A stretch of DNA of 64,000 nucleotides from an uncultured Pseudomonadota bacterium (GCA_963840785.1 CAWJAF010000004.1:273100-337099); one strand, 5' to 3'; shown: positions 18,985 to 30,088, counted from the stretch's first letter. Made by a program: numbers and translations. The notes: generated by a model not told the origin, from the letters alone.

Positions 18985-20166
18985 TTAATCCCAACTCAAC
19001 GCCCCACCCGTCTGATACTCAATCACCCGCGTCTCAAAAAAGTTTTTCTCTTTCTTAAGATCGATCAACTCGCTCATCCACGGGAACGGATTATTCGCAC
19101 CGGGATAGAGTTGGTCGATGCCGATTTGTTGGCAGCGGCGGTTGGCGATGAAGCGTAGGTATTCTTTGAACATCGGGGCGTTGAGGCCGAGCACGCCGCG
19201 GGGCATGGTGTCTTCGGCGTAGCGGTATTCGAGTTCGACGCCTTTTTGCATCAGCACGCTGATTTCATCGCGGAATTCTTTGGTCCAAAGATGGGGATTT
19301 TCCATCTTGATGGTGTTGACGAGATCGATACCGAAACTGCAGTGCATGCTTTCGTCGCGCAGGATGTATTGATATTGCTCCGCAGCGCCGGTCATTTTGT
19401 TTTGCCGGCCCAGCGCGAGAATTTGCACGAAGCCGACGTAGAAGAACAATCCTTCCATGATGCAGGAAAACACGATCAAGCTCTTCAGCAATTTCTGATC
19501 GTTTTCCGGTGTGCCGGTGGTGAAATGCGGATCGGTCAGCGTGTTGATGAACGGAATCAGAAATTCGTCTTTATCGCGAATGCTGGCGACTTCGTGATAG
19601 GCGTTGAAAATTTCCGCTTCGTTCAGGCCTAAGCTTTCGACGATGTATTGATAAGCGTGGGTGTGGATAGCTTCCTCAAACGCTTGGCGCAACAAATATT
19701 GGCGGCATTCGGGCGCGGAAATGTGGCGATAGGTGCCGAGCACGATGTTGTTCGCCGCGAGCGAATCGGCGGTAACAAAGAAGCCGAGATTGCGTTTGAC
19801 GACTAGGCGCTCATCTTCAGTCAAGCCCGCGGGATCTTTCCACAGTTGAATGTCGCGCTGCATATTGATTTCTTGCGGCATCCAATGGTTGGCGCAACCA
19901 GACAGATATTTTTCCCACGCCCATTTATATTTAAACGGAACGAGTTGATTGACATCCGCCGAGCCATTGATGACACGCTTGTCTTCGAGCTTAACTCTTT
20001 GCGCGATTTTCGGCGCGGCACTGGCCTGCGATCCAATGGCCCCAGGCCACTCAGTGTTTACGCGGATCTCCGGCAATACATCGTGTACGCGCGGGGTGTG
20101 CAGCGGCACGGGCATGAGGGGTTGCATACGTAATTTCGGGCTCGCCTCATCTTCAAAACTAAGCAT
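18985..20166 (-). CDS. nrdB: ribonucleoside-diphosphate reductase class Ia beta subunit
   Basis: Di-iron ligand motifs EEAIHTHAY and [12 protein letters not shown] at 20166 is preceded by ggagaaaaagt. The ORF track extends it artificially to 20277. Confidence 0.93.
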   Translation of the reverse strand: MLSFEDEASPKLRMQPLMPVPLHTPRVHDVLPEIRVNTEWPGAIGSQASAAPKIAQRVKLEDKRVINGSADVNQLVPFKYKWAWEKYLSGCANHWMPQEINMQRDIQLWKDPAGLTEDERLVVKRNLGFFVTADSLAANNIVLGTYRHISAPECRQYLLRQAFEEAIHTHAYQYIVESLGLNEAEIFNAYHEVASIRDKDEFLIPFINTLTDPHFTTGTPENDQKLLKSLIVFSCIMEGLFFYVGFVQILALGRQNKMTGAAEQYQYILRDESMHCSFGIDLVNTIKMENPHLWTKEFRDEISVLMQKGVELEYRYAEDTMPRGVLGLNAPMFKEYLRFIANRRCQQIGIDQLYPGANNPFPWMSELIDLKKEKNFFETRVIEYQTGGALSWD

Positions 20167-20210
20167 ACTTTTTCTCCATTTGTTCTGATACCACCGCAAG
20201 TGGTACCCGG

Positions 20211-20606
20211 TCATATTTTGCGAGAACCTGTGGTTGACGCTGCGCCGGCAAGATCGATCGTCGGCAGCGCTTCCCAATGATTGCAGGGGGGCTGATATTG
20301 CGCGACCAGTTGGCGCTCGAACAGCAATAAATCATCCGGCGAAAAATACGGCAGGCTGGCGTGGGCAACAAGCAATTTGTTCGGCGCTCCGGCTTGCGCC
20401 GTCCAAGAATCGAGCGCGACTTGATTGCCGAGCAAATCTTCTTCGGCTAAATTTTTCGCGATGCCAAAATAAATCGGTTGATACGGCACGGGTTGCCATT
20501 TGCGATTGGCAATGCACACGCAATAGAGCCCAGCAACACTGTCGGGACGCCATTGCGCGAGCTTGACCGGATCGGTAAAGGTGATGGATCCAAATTGCAG
20601 CGACAT
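20211..20606 (-). CDS. stand-alone GIY-YIG domain protein (UvrC N-terminal-like), 131 aa
   Basis: GLYCV...IYFGIAKNL aligns with UvrC GVYRM...[27 protein letters not shown] aligns with UvrC ALLLEHNYIKLYQPRYN. The usual Arg after the YxG motif is replaced (AEE). Confidence 0.55.
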   Translation of the reverse strand: MSLQFGSITFTDPVKLAQWRPDSVAGLYCVCIANRKWQPVPYQPIYFGIAKNLAEEDLLGNQVALDSWTAQAGAPNKLLVAHASLPYFSPDDLLLFERQLVAQYQPPCNHWEALPTIDLAGAASTTGSRKI

Positions 20607-20634
20607 AAATCAGTTCTCTCTTTTTGGAAAACGT

Positions 20635-21147
20635 TTAAGCAGCCGGGATGCGCAACACTTGCCCCGGATAAATTTTATCGGGATGGCTCAGCATCGGCTT
20701 ATTCGCCTCGAAAATCGCCGGGTATTTCATCGCATCGCCATAAACCGATTTTGCGATTTTCGAAAGCGTATCGCCGGAAACCACGGTGTGAAATGTTGCT
20801 TCGGGCTCGGGCGAGGCCACGCCCATTTGATCATTCACCGCCGTCACGCCTGCGACATTGCCGCAACACAGAACGATTTTTTCCTTCGTTGCCTGATCGG
20901 ACGCACGGCCGAAAACACTCACCGTTCCGGTTCCCCCATCAAAGGTGACGTTCAAGTCCTCGGCACTGAGATTCTGCTTTTGAATATACCCCTTGATTCC
21001 GTCGGCCGCTTGGCGATTCAGTTGATTTACTTTTTCCTGCGTCACCGGATCGTCCGGTTTTTTCTGCAATTCAATGGTGGCTGCTTGCGCTTCCTTGTGG
21101 CCGAATAATTTCTCGCCAGCGTCTTTAATAAATGAAAATAGTCCCAT
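20635..21147 (-). CDS. kbp: BON + LysM domain potassium-binding protein Kbp (YgaU)
   Basis: 170 aa, collinear with E. coli YgaU: MGLFSFIKDAGEKLF..., then a BON domain, then a C-terminal LysM ending SHPDKIYPGQVLRIP. Confidence 0.9.
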   Translation of the reverse strand: MGLFSFIKDAGEKLFGHKEAQAATIELQKKPDDPVTQEKVNQLNRQAADGIKGYIQKQNLSAEDLNVTFDGGTGTVSVFGRASDQATKEKIVLCCGNVAGVTAVNDQMGVASPEPEATFHTVVSGDTLSKIAKSVYGDAMKYPAIFEANKPMLSHPDKIYPGQVLRIPAA

Positions 21148-21276
21148 GTCGATCTCCTTTGTTTGTTTTCAGCCGTGGGTAAAACGGTTTCCTTGAGTAA
21201 TTCGTTCGGCGGAGTTACGTCCCTGCGCTGGTGGCAGCATTTGCATTTATGCCGGACTTAACCCTACATTTTATTT

Positions 21277-24175
21277 TTACTGGCAAGCCTCACATTCCGG
21301 ATCGTCAATCGCACAAAACTTCGGCGCTTCCATTTGTATCGTCGTTTCATCCAACGACGGCCCACCAGAAATCGAAGCTGTTGCTGAATGACCTGACATG
21401 CCGCCATGCGTCGGCACAGAATTCAAGTTCGCCGCCTTTGCCGGTGGATTTCTCCGCCGATGTTGCCGCCAAGGTGCGCAAGTAATAAGTCGTCTTCAAC
21501 CCGCGCTGCCACGCAAGCTTGTAGGTATCATCCAATTTCTTGCCCGATGCGCCGGCCATGTAAATATTCAGCGACTGCGCTTGGTCGATCCATTTTTGCC
21601 GACGCGCCGCGCACTCGACGATCCAACTCGGTTCGACTTCAAATGCGGTTGCGTACAACGCGCGCAATTCCGCCGGCGCACGATCGACCTTAGCAAGCGA
21701 ACCATCGAAATATTTCAGATCGGCGACCATCACTTCATCCCACATGCCCAGGCGCTTCAAATCGCGCACCAGGTATTCATTTACGACCGTGAATTCGCCC
21801 GATAAGTTCGATTTGACGAATAGGTTCTGATAGGTCGGCTCGATACACGCCGACACGCCGATGATGTTGGCAATAGTTGCGGTCGGCGCAATCGCGAGGC
21901 AATTGGAATTGCGCATGCCGTGTTCTTTGATACGCTCGCGCAGCTTGGTCCAATCCAACGCACTGCTTTGCTCGACATCAAGATAGCCGCCACGCTCTTG
22001 GCGCAGTAGATCTACTGAGTCCTGCGGCAAAATGCCGCGATCCCACAGCGAACCTTTGTAGCTCGCATAGCGACCGCGCTCTTCCGCCAATTCCGTCGAC
22101 GCCCAATAGGCGTGATAGGCGATCATCTCCATGGATTTGTCGGCGAAATCGATTGCTGCATCGGAAGCATAAGGCACGCGCATTTCGTGCAAACAATCCT
22201 GGAAACCCATGATGCCCAAGCCGACCGGACGATGGCGCAGATTGGAATCGCGCGCTTTTTTCACGGCGTAGTAATTGATGTCGATGACGTTATCGAGCAT
22301 GCGCATCGCGGTCTTGATGGTGACGCCGAGTTTGTCGAAATCGAGCTTGCCGTCGACGAAGTGATTCACCAAATTCACCGAGCCCAAATTGCAAACGGCG
22401 ATTTCCGTGTCGCTGGTGTTGAGCGTGATTTCCGTGCAAAGATTGGAGCTATGCACCACGCCGACATGTTGCTGCGGCGAGCGGATATTGCACGGATCTT
22501 TAAACGTGATCCACGGATGGCCGGTCTCGAACAACATCGACAGCATCTTGCGCCACATTTGTACCGCCGGCACTTTTTTGAATAGCTTTAGCTCGCCCAT
22601 CGCGGCTTTGGCTTCGTAACCCAAATAGGTTTCTTCAAACGCCCTGCCGAATTTATCGTGCAAATCGGGGCAATCGGCCGGCGAAAATAATGTCCACTCT
22701 TGGTTTTCCATCACTCTTTTCATAAAGAGATCGGGAATCCAGTTCGCGGTATTCATGTCGTGGGTGCGGCGGCGGTCGTCACCCGTGTTCTTACGCAGCT
22801 CGAGGAATTCTTCGATATCCAAGTGCCACGTTTCGAGATAGGTGCAGACCGCGCCTTTTCTTTTTCCACCCTGATTCACGGCAACCGCAGTGTCGTTGAC
22901 CACCTTCAAGAAGGGGACCACGCCTTGCGATTTGCCGTTCGTGCCTTTGATGTGCGAGCCGAGCGCGCGCACCGGCGTCCAGTCGTTGCCTAAGCCGCCG
23001 GCCCATTTCGACAGCAGCGCGTTTTCTTTGATCGCTTCATAAATGCCGTCAAGGTCGTCGGCAACCGTCGTCAAATAACAGCTCGACAATTGCGAATGTT
23101 GCGTACCGGCGTTGAACAGCGTCGGCGTCGACGACATGTAGTCGAAGGTCGATAACACGTTGTAAAACTCGATGGCGCGGGCTTCGCGATCGATTTCGTT
23201 AATCGCCAAACCCATGGCCACGCGCATAAAGAAGGCCTGCGGTAATTCGATATGTTGACCGTGCACGTGGAGGAAGTACCGGTCATACAAAGTTTGCAGG
23301 CCAAGGTAACCGAATTTCAGATCGCGATCGGCGACCAGGGCTTTGCCCATTCGCGCCAAATCGAACTCGCCGAGACGCTTATCGAGCAAATCGGCGTCGA
23401 TCCCTTTTTTGATGAAGCTAGGGAAATAGGTCGCGTAACGCACCGCCATCTCGGCGTGGGTCGCTTCGTCGCCCAACACTTCATGGCGAATCGTGTGCAG
23501 CAACAAGCGAGCCGTGACCAATGAATAGGCGGGATCTTGCTCGATCATTTGACCGCGCCGACAGAATCGCCGACTTGTACACTTCGTCTTCCGGCACGCC
23601 GTCGTATAAATCTTTCACCAGCGATTCAAGAATTTTGTCCGGCTCGACTTCTTTTAATCCGGTCGGCGCTTTCGGCAATCAATTCCGCCAAGCGCACCAT
23701 GTCCAGCGGCACGCGCTGACCTTTGACGATCATCGTGAGCGCGGTTTCGACGATCGGCTGTTGCGCTTTTTGCTGAGCGCGCATCTTGGCGCGTTCTTCG
23801 CGGTATAACACATAGGCGCGCGCGACTTCGTGCTCGCCGGAGCGCATGAATGAAAGTTCGACTTGGTCCTGGATATCTTCAATATGAACCGTGCCGCCGC
23901 CCGGTTGGCGACGCATCAGGGCATTGACGACTTGGTCAGTCAATTGCCCGACGATTTCGCGCACACGCGCCGAGGCGGCGCCTTGGCCGCCATTGATGGC
24001 TGAGAAACGCTTTGGTGACGGCGATAGAAATTTTGGCCGGCTCGAACGCCACCACGGATCCGTTGCGACGGACGACTTTAAACAATGAATAACGCTCGTC
24101 AGCCACGTCCTGACCTTGCGGAATCGTAAATAACGGCGCAGCAGCAGGACGAGAAGGATCGGTTGCAATTTGCAT
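21277..24175 (-). pseudogene. nrdA: ribonucleoside-diphosphate reductase class Ia alpha subunit (long form, about 965 codons), four frame breaks
   Basis: Collinear pieces lie in ORFs 23936..24244, 23626..24168, 23481..23678 and 21347..23548. The true C-terminus ...LNSVPTHGG...FCAIDDPECEACQ-stop is in yet another frame. Breaks lie near 24000, 23663, 23548 (AAA run) and 21417. Confidence 0.9.
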
Positions 24176-24263
24176 TAGTGCTCCTCGGATTTTTATCGGT
24201 TTGTAAACAAACAACAATTCGATTTCTATGCATAAGTTATGCACAGCCTATACATGCGTATTT

Positions 24264-24279
24264 CCACAAGATATAGTGG
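24264..24279 (-). promoter_or_regulatory. NrdR-box-like palindrome upstream of nrdA
   Basis: The minus strand reads CCACTATATCTTGTGG, matching 13 of 16 positions of the NrdR-box consensus as I recall it (acaCwAtATaTwGtgt). I found no clear second box at the canonical 31-32 bp spacing. Confidence 0.4.
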
Positions 24280-24301
24280 TTTGCCATACTCGGGAGGACT
24301 A

Positions 24302-24330
24302 ATGGTAGGGGCGCGATAGGGCAATGTCAA
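24302..24330 (-). promoter_or_regulatory. candidate sigma-70 promoter of nrdA
   Basis: On the minus strand: TTGACA, a 17-nt spacer, then TACCAT. The -35 box overlaps a perfect palindrome AAGCACAA-a-TTGTGCTT (24329-24345). Confidence 0.4.
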
Positions 24331-24380
24331 GCACAAATTGTGCTTGTTAGTAAATTCCGCAACAGCCTAACAACGCGACT

Positions 24381-24962
24381 CTAACTATCTGAAATAATGG
24401 AATAAAATTGACGACATCGAGGCCAATCGAAACACGGTCCGGGATCGGTTTTACGGCCCGGCGAAATATCGGAATGCCCGACCACTGCTCGGATCGGATA
24501 ACTAGCGAAAAGCGCCGGAATGAGCCTTGCCAACGCGCTGTATTGATCGTCGGTGAAAGGCAAATCGTCGCTACCTTCGAGCTCAATACCAATGGAAAAA
24601 TCGTTGCAGCGTTCGCGTCCGCGCCAATTCGAAAGCCCCGCGTGCCACGCGCGCTTGAGACACGAGACGAACTGAACCAATTCTCCGTCCCGGCGAACAT
24701 AAAAATGCGACGAGACCTTGAGATCTTGAATGGTTTGATAGTAAGGATGATCAGCGGGGTTCAATGAATTGGTAAATAGCGCGGCGACGCCTGGCCCACC
24801 AAACTCCCCTGGTGGTAACGAAATGTTGTGGATGACGAGCAGATCGATTATTGCGCCTTCGGGCCGGTCGTCGCAATTCGGTGATCCGATAAATCGCGCC
24901 TTAGCGAGAATTCCGCGAATATCCACACGCCAAGCACCACGCGACCTAGCCCCAAGCCCCAA
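24381..24962 (-). CDS. ampD: 1,6-anhydro-N-acetylmuramyl-L-alanine amidase AmpD
   Basis: 193 aa. SPNCDDRP, HNISLPPGEFGG, AWHAG and GHSDISPGRKTDPG motifs. TTG start with GGAG 8 nt upstream. Confidence 0.9.
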   Translation of the reverse strand: MGLGARSRGAWRVDIRGILAKARFIGSPNCDDRPEGAIIDLLVIHNISLPPGEFGGPGVAALFTNSLNPADHPYYQTIQDLKVSSHFYVRRDGELVQFVSCLKRAWHAGLSNWRGRERCNDFSIGIELEGSDDLPFTDDQYSALARLIPALFASYPIRAVVGHSDISPGRKTDPGPCFDWPRCRQFYSIISDS

Positions 24963-24973
24963 AGCCCTAGCTC

Positions 24974-26363
24974 CTACTCAATGGCGAGTCGTTCCATCCG
25001 GTAACGCAATGCGCGAAAAGTGATGCCGAGCACTTTTGCCGCCGCGGTCTTATTGAAGCGTGTTTTTTCCAGTGCCGCCATAATCGCCTCGCGCTCTACT
25101 TTGTCGAGATATTCTTGCAATGGCAATTCGCCGGTTGTAGGCAGTGGCGCATGGGAGCTGGTCGTCGCCAACTCGGGGACTTCCGGCGCGGTATTTTCCG
25201 ACAAATACAAATCATTGCGCCGAATGGTCGCATCGTTACACAGCGCCAAAGCCCGCTCCAAGACATTTTCCAACTCACGAACGTTGCCGGGAAAATCGTA
25301 TTGCTTCAGCGCCTCAATAGCCTCGGTTGCCAATACCGGCAAGGGTACCTCCATCTCGCGCGCGAGGCGTTCGAGCAGCGCTTGCGCGATATCCGGGACA
25401 TCGTCGGGCATTTCGCGTAGCGCCGGCATGCGCAATTCGATGACGTTTAGCCGATAATAAAGGTCCTGCCGGAACTGGTTACTTTGGACGCGCTCGGCGA
25501 GGTTTTGATGGGTCGCGCTGATAATACGAACGTTGACGTTTTCCTCGTTAGTTTCGCCGACGCGCCTGACTTTCTTTTCCTGAATCACCCGCAGCAACTT
25601 AACCTGCATTTGCAAAGGCAAATCGGCAACTTCATCAAGAAACAACGTTCCCGCCTGCGCCGCCTGGAAAAAGCCCTCTTTGTCCTGGTTCGCGCCGGTG
25701 AACGCACCTTTGCGATAGCCGAAAAATTCGCTTTCCATTAAGTTTTCCGGAATTGCACCGCAGTTGACGGCAACAAACGGACCATCGGCGCGAGCACTCT
25801 TGGAATGAATTGATCGCGCCGCAACCTCTTTTCCGCTACCGGACTCGCCGGTAATGTAGACCGGCGCTTGACTGCGCGCTAAACGCTCGATCATTTCGCG
25901 GGCATGACGGATATGTTTCGAGTCACCGACCAATCTTGGCCCACTTTCCAAGACGGCCGGCTCCGGCGCCTTTTTCCCGTTACTAGCTGGGCGATTGCGG
26001 CAGCTTTAGCGCGACTTTTACCAAATCACGCAATTGCTGCAATGAAACAGGCTTCGCCAGATAATCGAACGCGCCGGCTTTTAGCGCGGCAACCGCATTC
26101 TCAGCGCTGCCATGGGCAGTGATGACGGCAACCGGCGTGCCGGGATAGGATTTACCGATATGCGTTAACAACTCCAAACCCAGACCATCGGGCAATTGCA
26201 TGTCACTCAGGCAAAGATCGTATTGCCCTGTCTCCAGTCGCTGATAGGCCTCTTTAAGATCACCTGCCGTGGCCGTTTCCAAGCCCATGCGCATCAGCGT
26301 CATTTCCAGCAAATCTCGAATATCGGCTTCGTCGTCGACAATCAATACACGGCGGGCAGTCAT
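24974..26363 (-). pseudogene. pilR: sigma-54-dependent response regulator PilR, one frame break between receiver and AAA+ domains
   Basis: The receiver is ORF 25983..26363. The AAA+ ([14 protein letters not shown]) and Fis-type HTH parts are ORF 24974..25951. The linker continues in the adjacent frame (...[23 protein letters not shown]). Break near 25985-26000. Confidence 0.85.
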
Positions 26364-27992
26364 GGCTCACTCCGAATTAGGACACGAAAATGGGCGCCGG
26401 GCGCCAGCTCCACGTAATCAAGCGCTGCGTTATTCGCCTCGGACAACTCCCGCGCGATATAAAGCCCAAGGCCAGTACCCTGACTTTCAGTGGTAAAGAA
26501 AGGTTCAAATAATCGCGTCAACATATCCGTCGGAACACCAGGACCATCGTCCATGATATCCAGTTGTAGTGTTCCCGGCTGCGTCGAGCGGTTTAAGCAA
26601 ACTCGCACGCTTCCGGCAACCATCTTGCAGTGGCGCAGCGCATTTCGGATCAGATTCCATAATATCTGATGCAGATGATTCGGGTCGAAATATAACGTCC
26701 CCCGCAGGTTTAACTCAAGCGAAATAATCTCTGGCGCGACTTTTTCGACCTGGCGCAACTGCTCGACAAATCCTTCCAAATAACTTTGAGCGTCGAGTTC
26801 TTCGGGCTTGGCGCGATCGGAACGATTCAGTTCCAACACATCGCTCACCATACGTCCCAAGCGTTGGCTATTCTCTCGAATGATCCGGCACAGTTTTTGG
26901 CCCGTGGCATCGAGGTCACTTTCTTGTAACAGCTCGGCGGCGTGGCTGATAGAAGAAAGCGGATTGCGGATTTCGTGAGCGATATTGCCGGTCAACCGCC
27001 CGAGCGCGGCCAGCTTGATCTGCCGCGCCTGGGCCTGTTCTTGTGCCAGATCTTCCAAAAAAATCACCGTACCTTGAATCGACTGATCGCCGATCGGCAC
27101 AAAGCGCACACGCATTTGTTTAGTCGCGACCGGCGAGCGCATCAACATAAATCGATTGGTCGGATTACTGCGCCAACCGGCAAGCCATTCCGCCAATTCC
27201 GGCGAATATTCCTTTAAGCGCGGCTGGGCCAGCGCAAGCGGCATGGGCCCCAACAAGTCTTCAGTCTTGCCATTGCGGGTGCGGATCGCACCATCGTTAT
27301 CGACAACAATCACGCCGTCGGCCATGTCGCGCAGAATCAGTTCATTGACTTGGCCAAGGTTTGCCAGATCAACGCCGCGTTGCTCCGCCAATTTTTCGCT
27401 TTCGCGGGTGTATTGCGCGAGCGTATGGGCAAGCCAGGCGACAGCGAAGTAGCCGACGCTCAACAAACCAGTCTGCAAGATATTGCGGTGTCTCGGAGAA
27501 TGCGAACATTCGCATCGTTTCTTCCGCAAGCACCGCGAGCGTGGCCAAAGACGCATAGAACATGGCCAAGCGGCCGCGCCCGATCAACCCGCCAGCCGCC
27601 AATGTCACGAATAACATCAGTTCCAAACCATTGCCGATGCCACCGCTGGCATAAATCATCAGCGTGATAAATAGCGTGTCACTGATTAACGTGAACGCCA
27701 GTTGCACCAAAAATACCGGCCAGCGCCAACCCGCCGCCACCAAACCCATCAGCGCCGTTAGCGACGAGGCAAAACAAGCGCCATAAAACAAATCCTGGTG
27801 CTGCGCCGCGGCTAAAGCACGATCATGGGAATACCAAGTAAGAATGCCAAGTACCAGCCCAACTATCAGCCGATATAAATTGAAGTAAGCAAGGGAGCGC
27901 CAATAGGAATTAGGCGGGACGCGGTTGAATTCCCGCTGGTCAAATCGTTGCGAGATACTTTCCAGCGCAGCGTTGAAGTACGACCTGATCAC
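26360..27992 (-). pseudogene. pilS: sensor histidine kinase PilS, one frame break
   Basis: The polytopic N-terminal domain is ORF 27369..27992. The PAS/HisKA/HATPase part is ORF 26360..27556 (H-box GNIAHEIRNPL). Break near 27490. ATGA overlap with the pilR start. Confidence 0.85.
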
Positions 27993-28216
27993 TTGTTGTG
28001 CATCAAGCGATGTTCATTCGTACAAAAATAGTTACCTTTGGACAACAACGACTCGCTCACAGGCATATGTACGCCGCATTGGGCGCACTTCACCATGTCC
28101 TCGTTAGATTTGACGGAATCCGCCTGTTTGGTGCTTCGCTGCCCGCGTCGTGCGTAGCTTTTCATGATCGCGAATGCAACGACGCCAAGTATCAGCAATA
28201 GGATTAGCTTATTCAA
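27989..28216 (-). CDS. PP0621-family small membrane/zinc-finger protein
   Basis: 75 aa. N-terminal TM, then C-terminal MVKCAQCGVHMP...YFCTNEH. This is the typical partner gene upstream of pilS. Confidence 0.75.
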   Translation of the reverse strand: MNKLILLLILGVVAFAIMKSYARRGQRSTKQADSVKSNEDMVKCAQCGVHMPVSESLLSKGNYFCTNEHRLMHNK

Positions 28217-28237
28217 GTGTCCCTTATTTCATTAACT

Positions 28238-28314
<77 letters not shown>

Positions 28315-28336
28315 ATTCCTTACCTTGCCGTCGAAA

Positions 28337-29308
28337 CTAGTGACTCCGTGCAACGGCAAATTCGCACAATTTTAACAAACATTCGCGATAATTAGAATTC
28401 GGAATTGCATTTAATGCCGATTTAGCTGCATCCGATTCCATTTGCGCGCGCTGTTTTGCGTAGTCCAGTGCACCGGTTTCGTTAACGATCCGGACAATTT
28501 CAGGCAACGCAACACGCCCGCCCTCGGCAATGGCTTTGCGAATCAGTAGGCGATCGGTTTCGGGCGCGAGTTCCATCGCGCGAATCAGCGGCAACGTGAC
28601 TTTGCCCTGCGCTAAATCGTCGCCGACATTCTTTCCGGTCGCTTGGCTATCGCCGGAATAATCCAATACGTCATCAATCAACTGAAACGCCAAGCCCAAA
28701 TGTAAGCCATGTTCGGCTAACGCGCGCTTCTTGCTCCGGCGTTGCATTCGCGACAATGCCGCCAAGCCGCGCCGCCGCTTGGAATAACTCGGCGGTCTTA
28801 TAACGAATCACGGTGAAATAACGCGCCTCATCGATATCCGGATCGTGGGCGTTGAGCAGCTGCAGCACTTCGCCTTCGGCGATGGTGTTAGTCGTATCCG
28901 CTAACACCTGCATGACACGCATATTGTTCAGCCCAACCATCATCTGGAATGAGCGCGAATACAAAAAATCGCCGACCAGTACGCTGGCGGCATTGCCGAA
29001 TAACGCATTAGCCGTTTCGCGGCCTCGGCGCAGATCCGATTCATCCACAACATCATCGTGCAATAAGGTTGCGGTATGAATGAATTCGACGATCGCAGCG
29101 AGCTCGTGATGGTTGCCACCGCGATAGCCCAACGCCCCCGCTGCGAGCAAAACCAAGGCCGGTCGCATGCGTTTGCCGCCGGCGCCGATGATATATTCGG
29201 CGACTTGCTTAATAAAGCGACGTCCGAATGAAGCCGTTGACGAATAACGTCGTCAACGATTTTCATATCGGCGACTAATAGTCGCCTGAGGTTTTCAATG
29301 TCAAACAT
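28337..29308 (-). pseudogene. ispB: octaprenyl-diphosphate synthase, two frame breaks
   Basis: Pieces are ORFs 28940..29308, 28674..29168 and 28337..28765. DDxxD motifs LLHDDVVDES and LIDDVLDY. Breaks near 29212 (SDVAL | KQVAEYIIGAGGKRMRP) and near 28740. Confidence 0.88.
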
Positions 29309-29399
29309 GGATCAAGCTAGAACGAGCGGCTGAGGAATCAGAATAGTTTTAGCGGCAATGACGGCTTCAACGGACAGAGTTTATAGATTTACAAGCACT

Positions 29400-29428
29400 T
29401 TGACTAGACTTGAAGTCTTTAGTAAAAT
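29400..29428 (+). promoter_or_regulatory. sigma-70 promoter of rplU-rpmA
   Basis: TTGACT, a 17-nt spacer, then TAAAAT, 45 nt upstream of the rplU ATG. The spacer contains the palindrome AGACTT-G-AAGTCT. Confidence 0.6.
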
Positions 29429-29473
29429 GCTGAGTTCGCCAATTTGGCCCATTCAAATTCTTAAGGTTTTACC

Positions 29474-30088
29474 ATGTACGCAGTGATAAAGACCGGCGGT
29501 AAGCAATACCGCGTCGTAGCCGGTGACAAACTCAAAGTTGAGACGATCGTCGCCGACGTCGGCGCGAGCGTTACCCTGTCCGACGTATTGATGGTCGCCC
29601 ATAGCGATCAAATCAAAGTCGGCACGCCGTTGCTGGCTGGCGCCACCGTTAGCGCCACGGTCGTGTCGCAAGGCCGTCACGATAAGGTCAAAATTTTCAA
29701 GATGCGCCGCCGTAAGCATTATCAAAAGCACCAAGGCCATCGTCAGAATTATTCTGAAATTTTTATTACTGCGATTAGCGATGGGGCAGGTAATACGGTT
29801 GCTAGCGAAACCGCGCCGGTTATTAAAACGAAGGCGGACGACCTGGTCATCATCGAGGGTATCGGTCCAAAAATTGCTGTCGTATTGAACAGCAACGGCA
29901 TTACGACATTTGCGCAACTGGCCAAGGCAGATCCCGTCGCGATGCAAGAGATGCTGAAAAAATCTGGCGGTCGCTTCAACATGGCCAAGCCCGATACGTG
30001 GCCGAAGCAAGCCGAACTCGCCGCTGCCGGCAACATGGACGGGCTGAAGAAGCTGCAAGATGAGCTTCACGGCGGCGTTCACAAATAG
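29474..30088 (+). CDS. rplU: 50S ribosomal protein L21 fused to a C-terminal helix-hairpin-helix module
   Basis: Residues 1-102 are a canonical L21. Residues 103-204 are an in-frame extension with [29 protein letters not shown]. Confidence 0.9.
   Translation: MYAVIKTGGKQYRVVAGDKLKVETIVADVGASVTLSDVLMVAHSDQIKVGTPLLAGATVSATVVSQGRHDKVKIFKMRRRKHYQKHQGHRQNYSEIFITAISDGAGNTVASETAPVIKTKADDLVIIEGIGPKIAVVLNSNGITTFAQLAKADPVAMQEMLKKSGGRFNMAKPDTWPKQAELAAAGNMDGLKKLQDELHGGVHK

Noticed and set aside
29453-30082. A 209-aa ORF antisense to rplU.
   Set aside because: It lies completely within the strongly supported L21 gene on the other strand. Its translation has no recognisable features.
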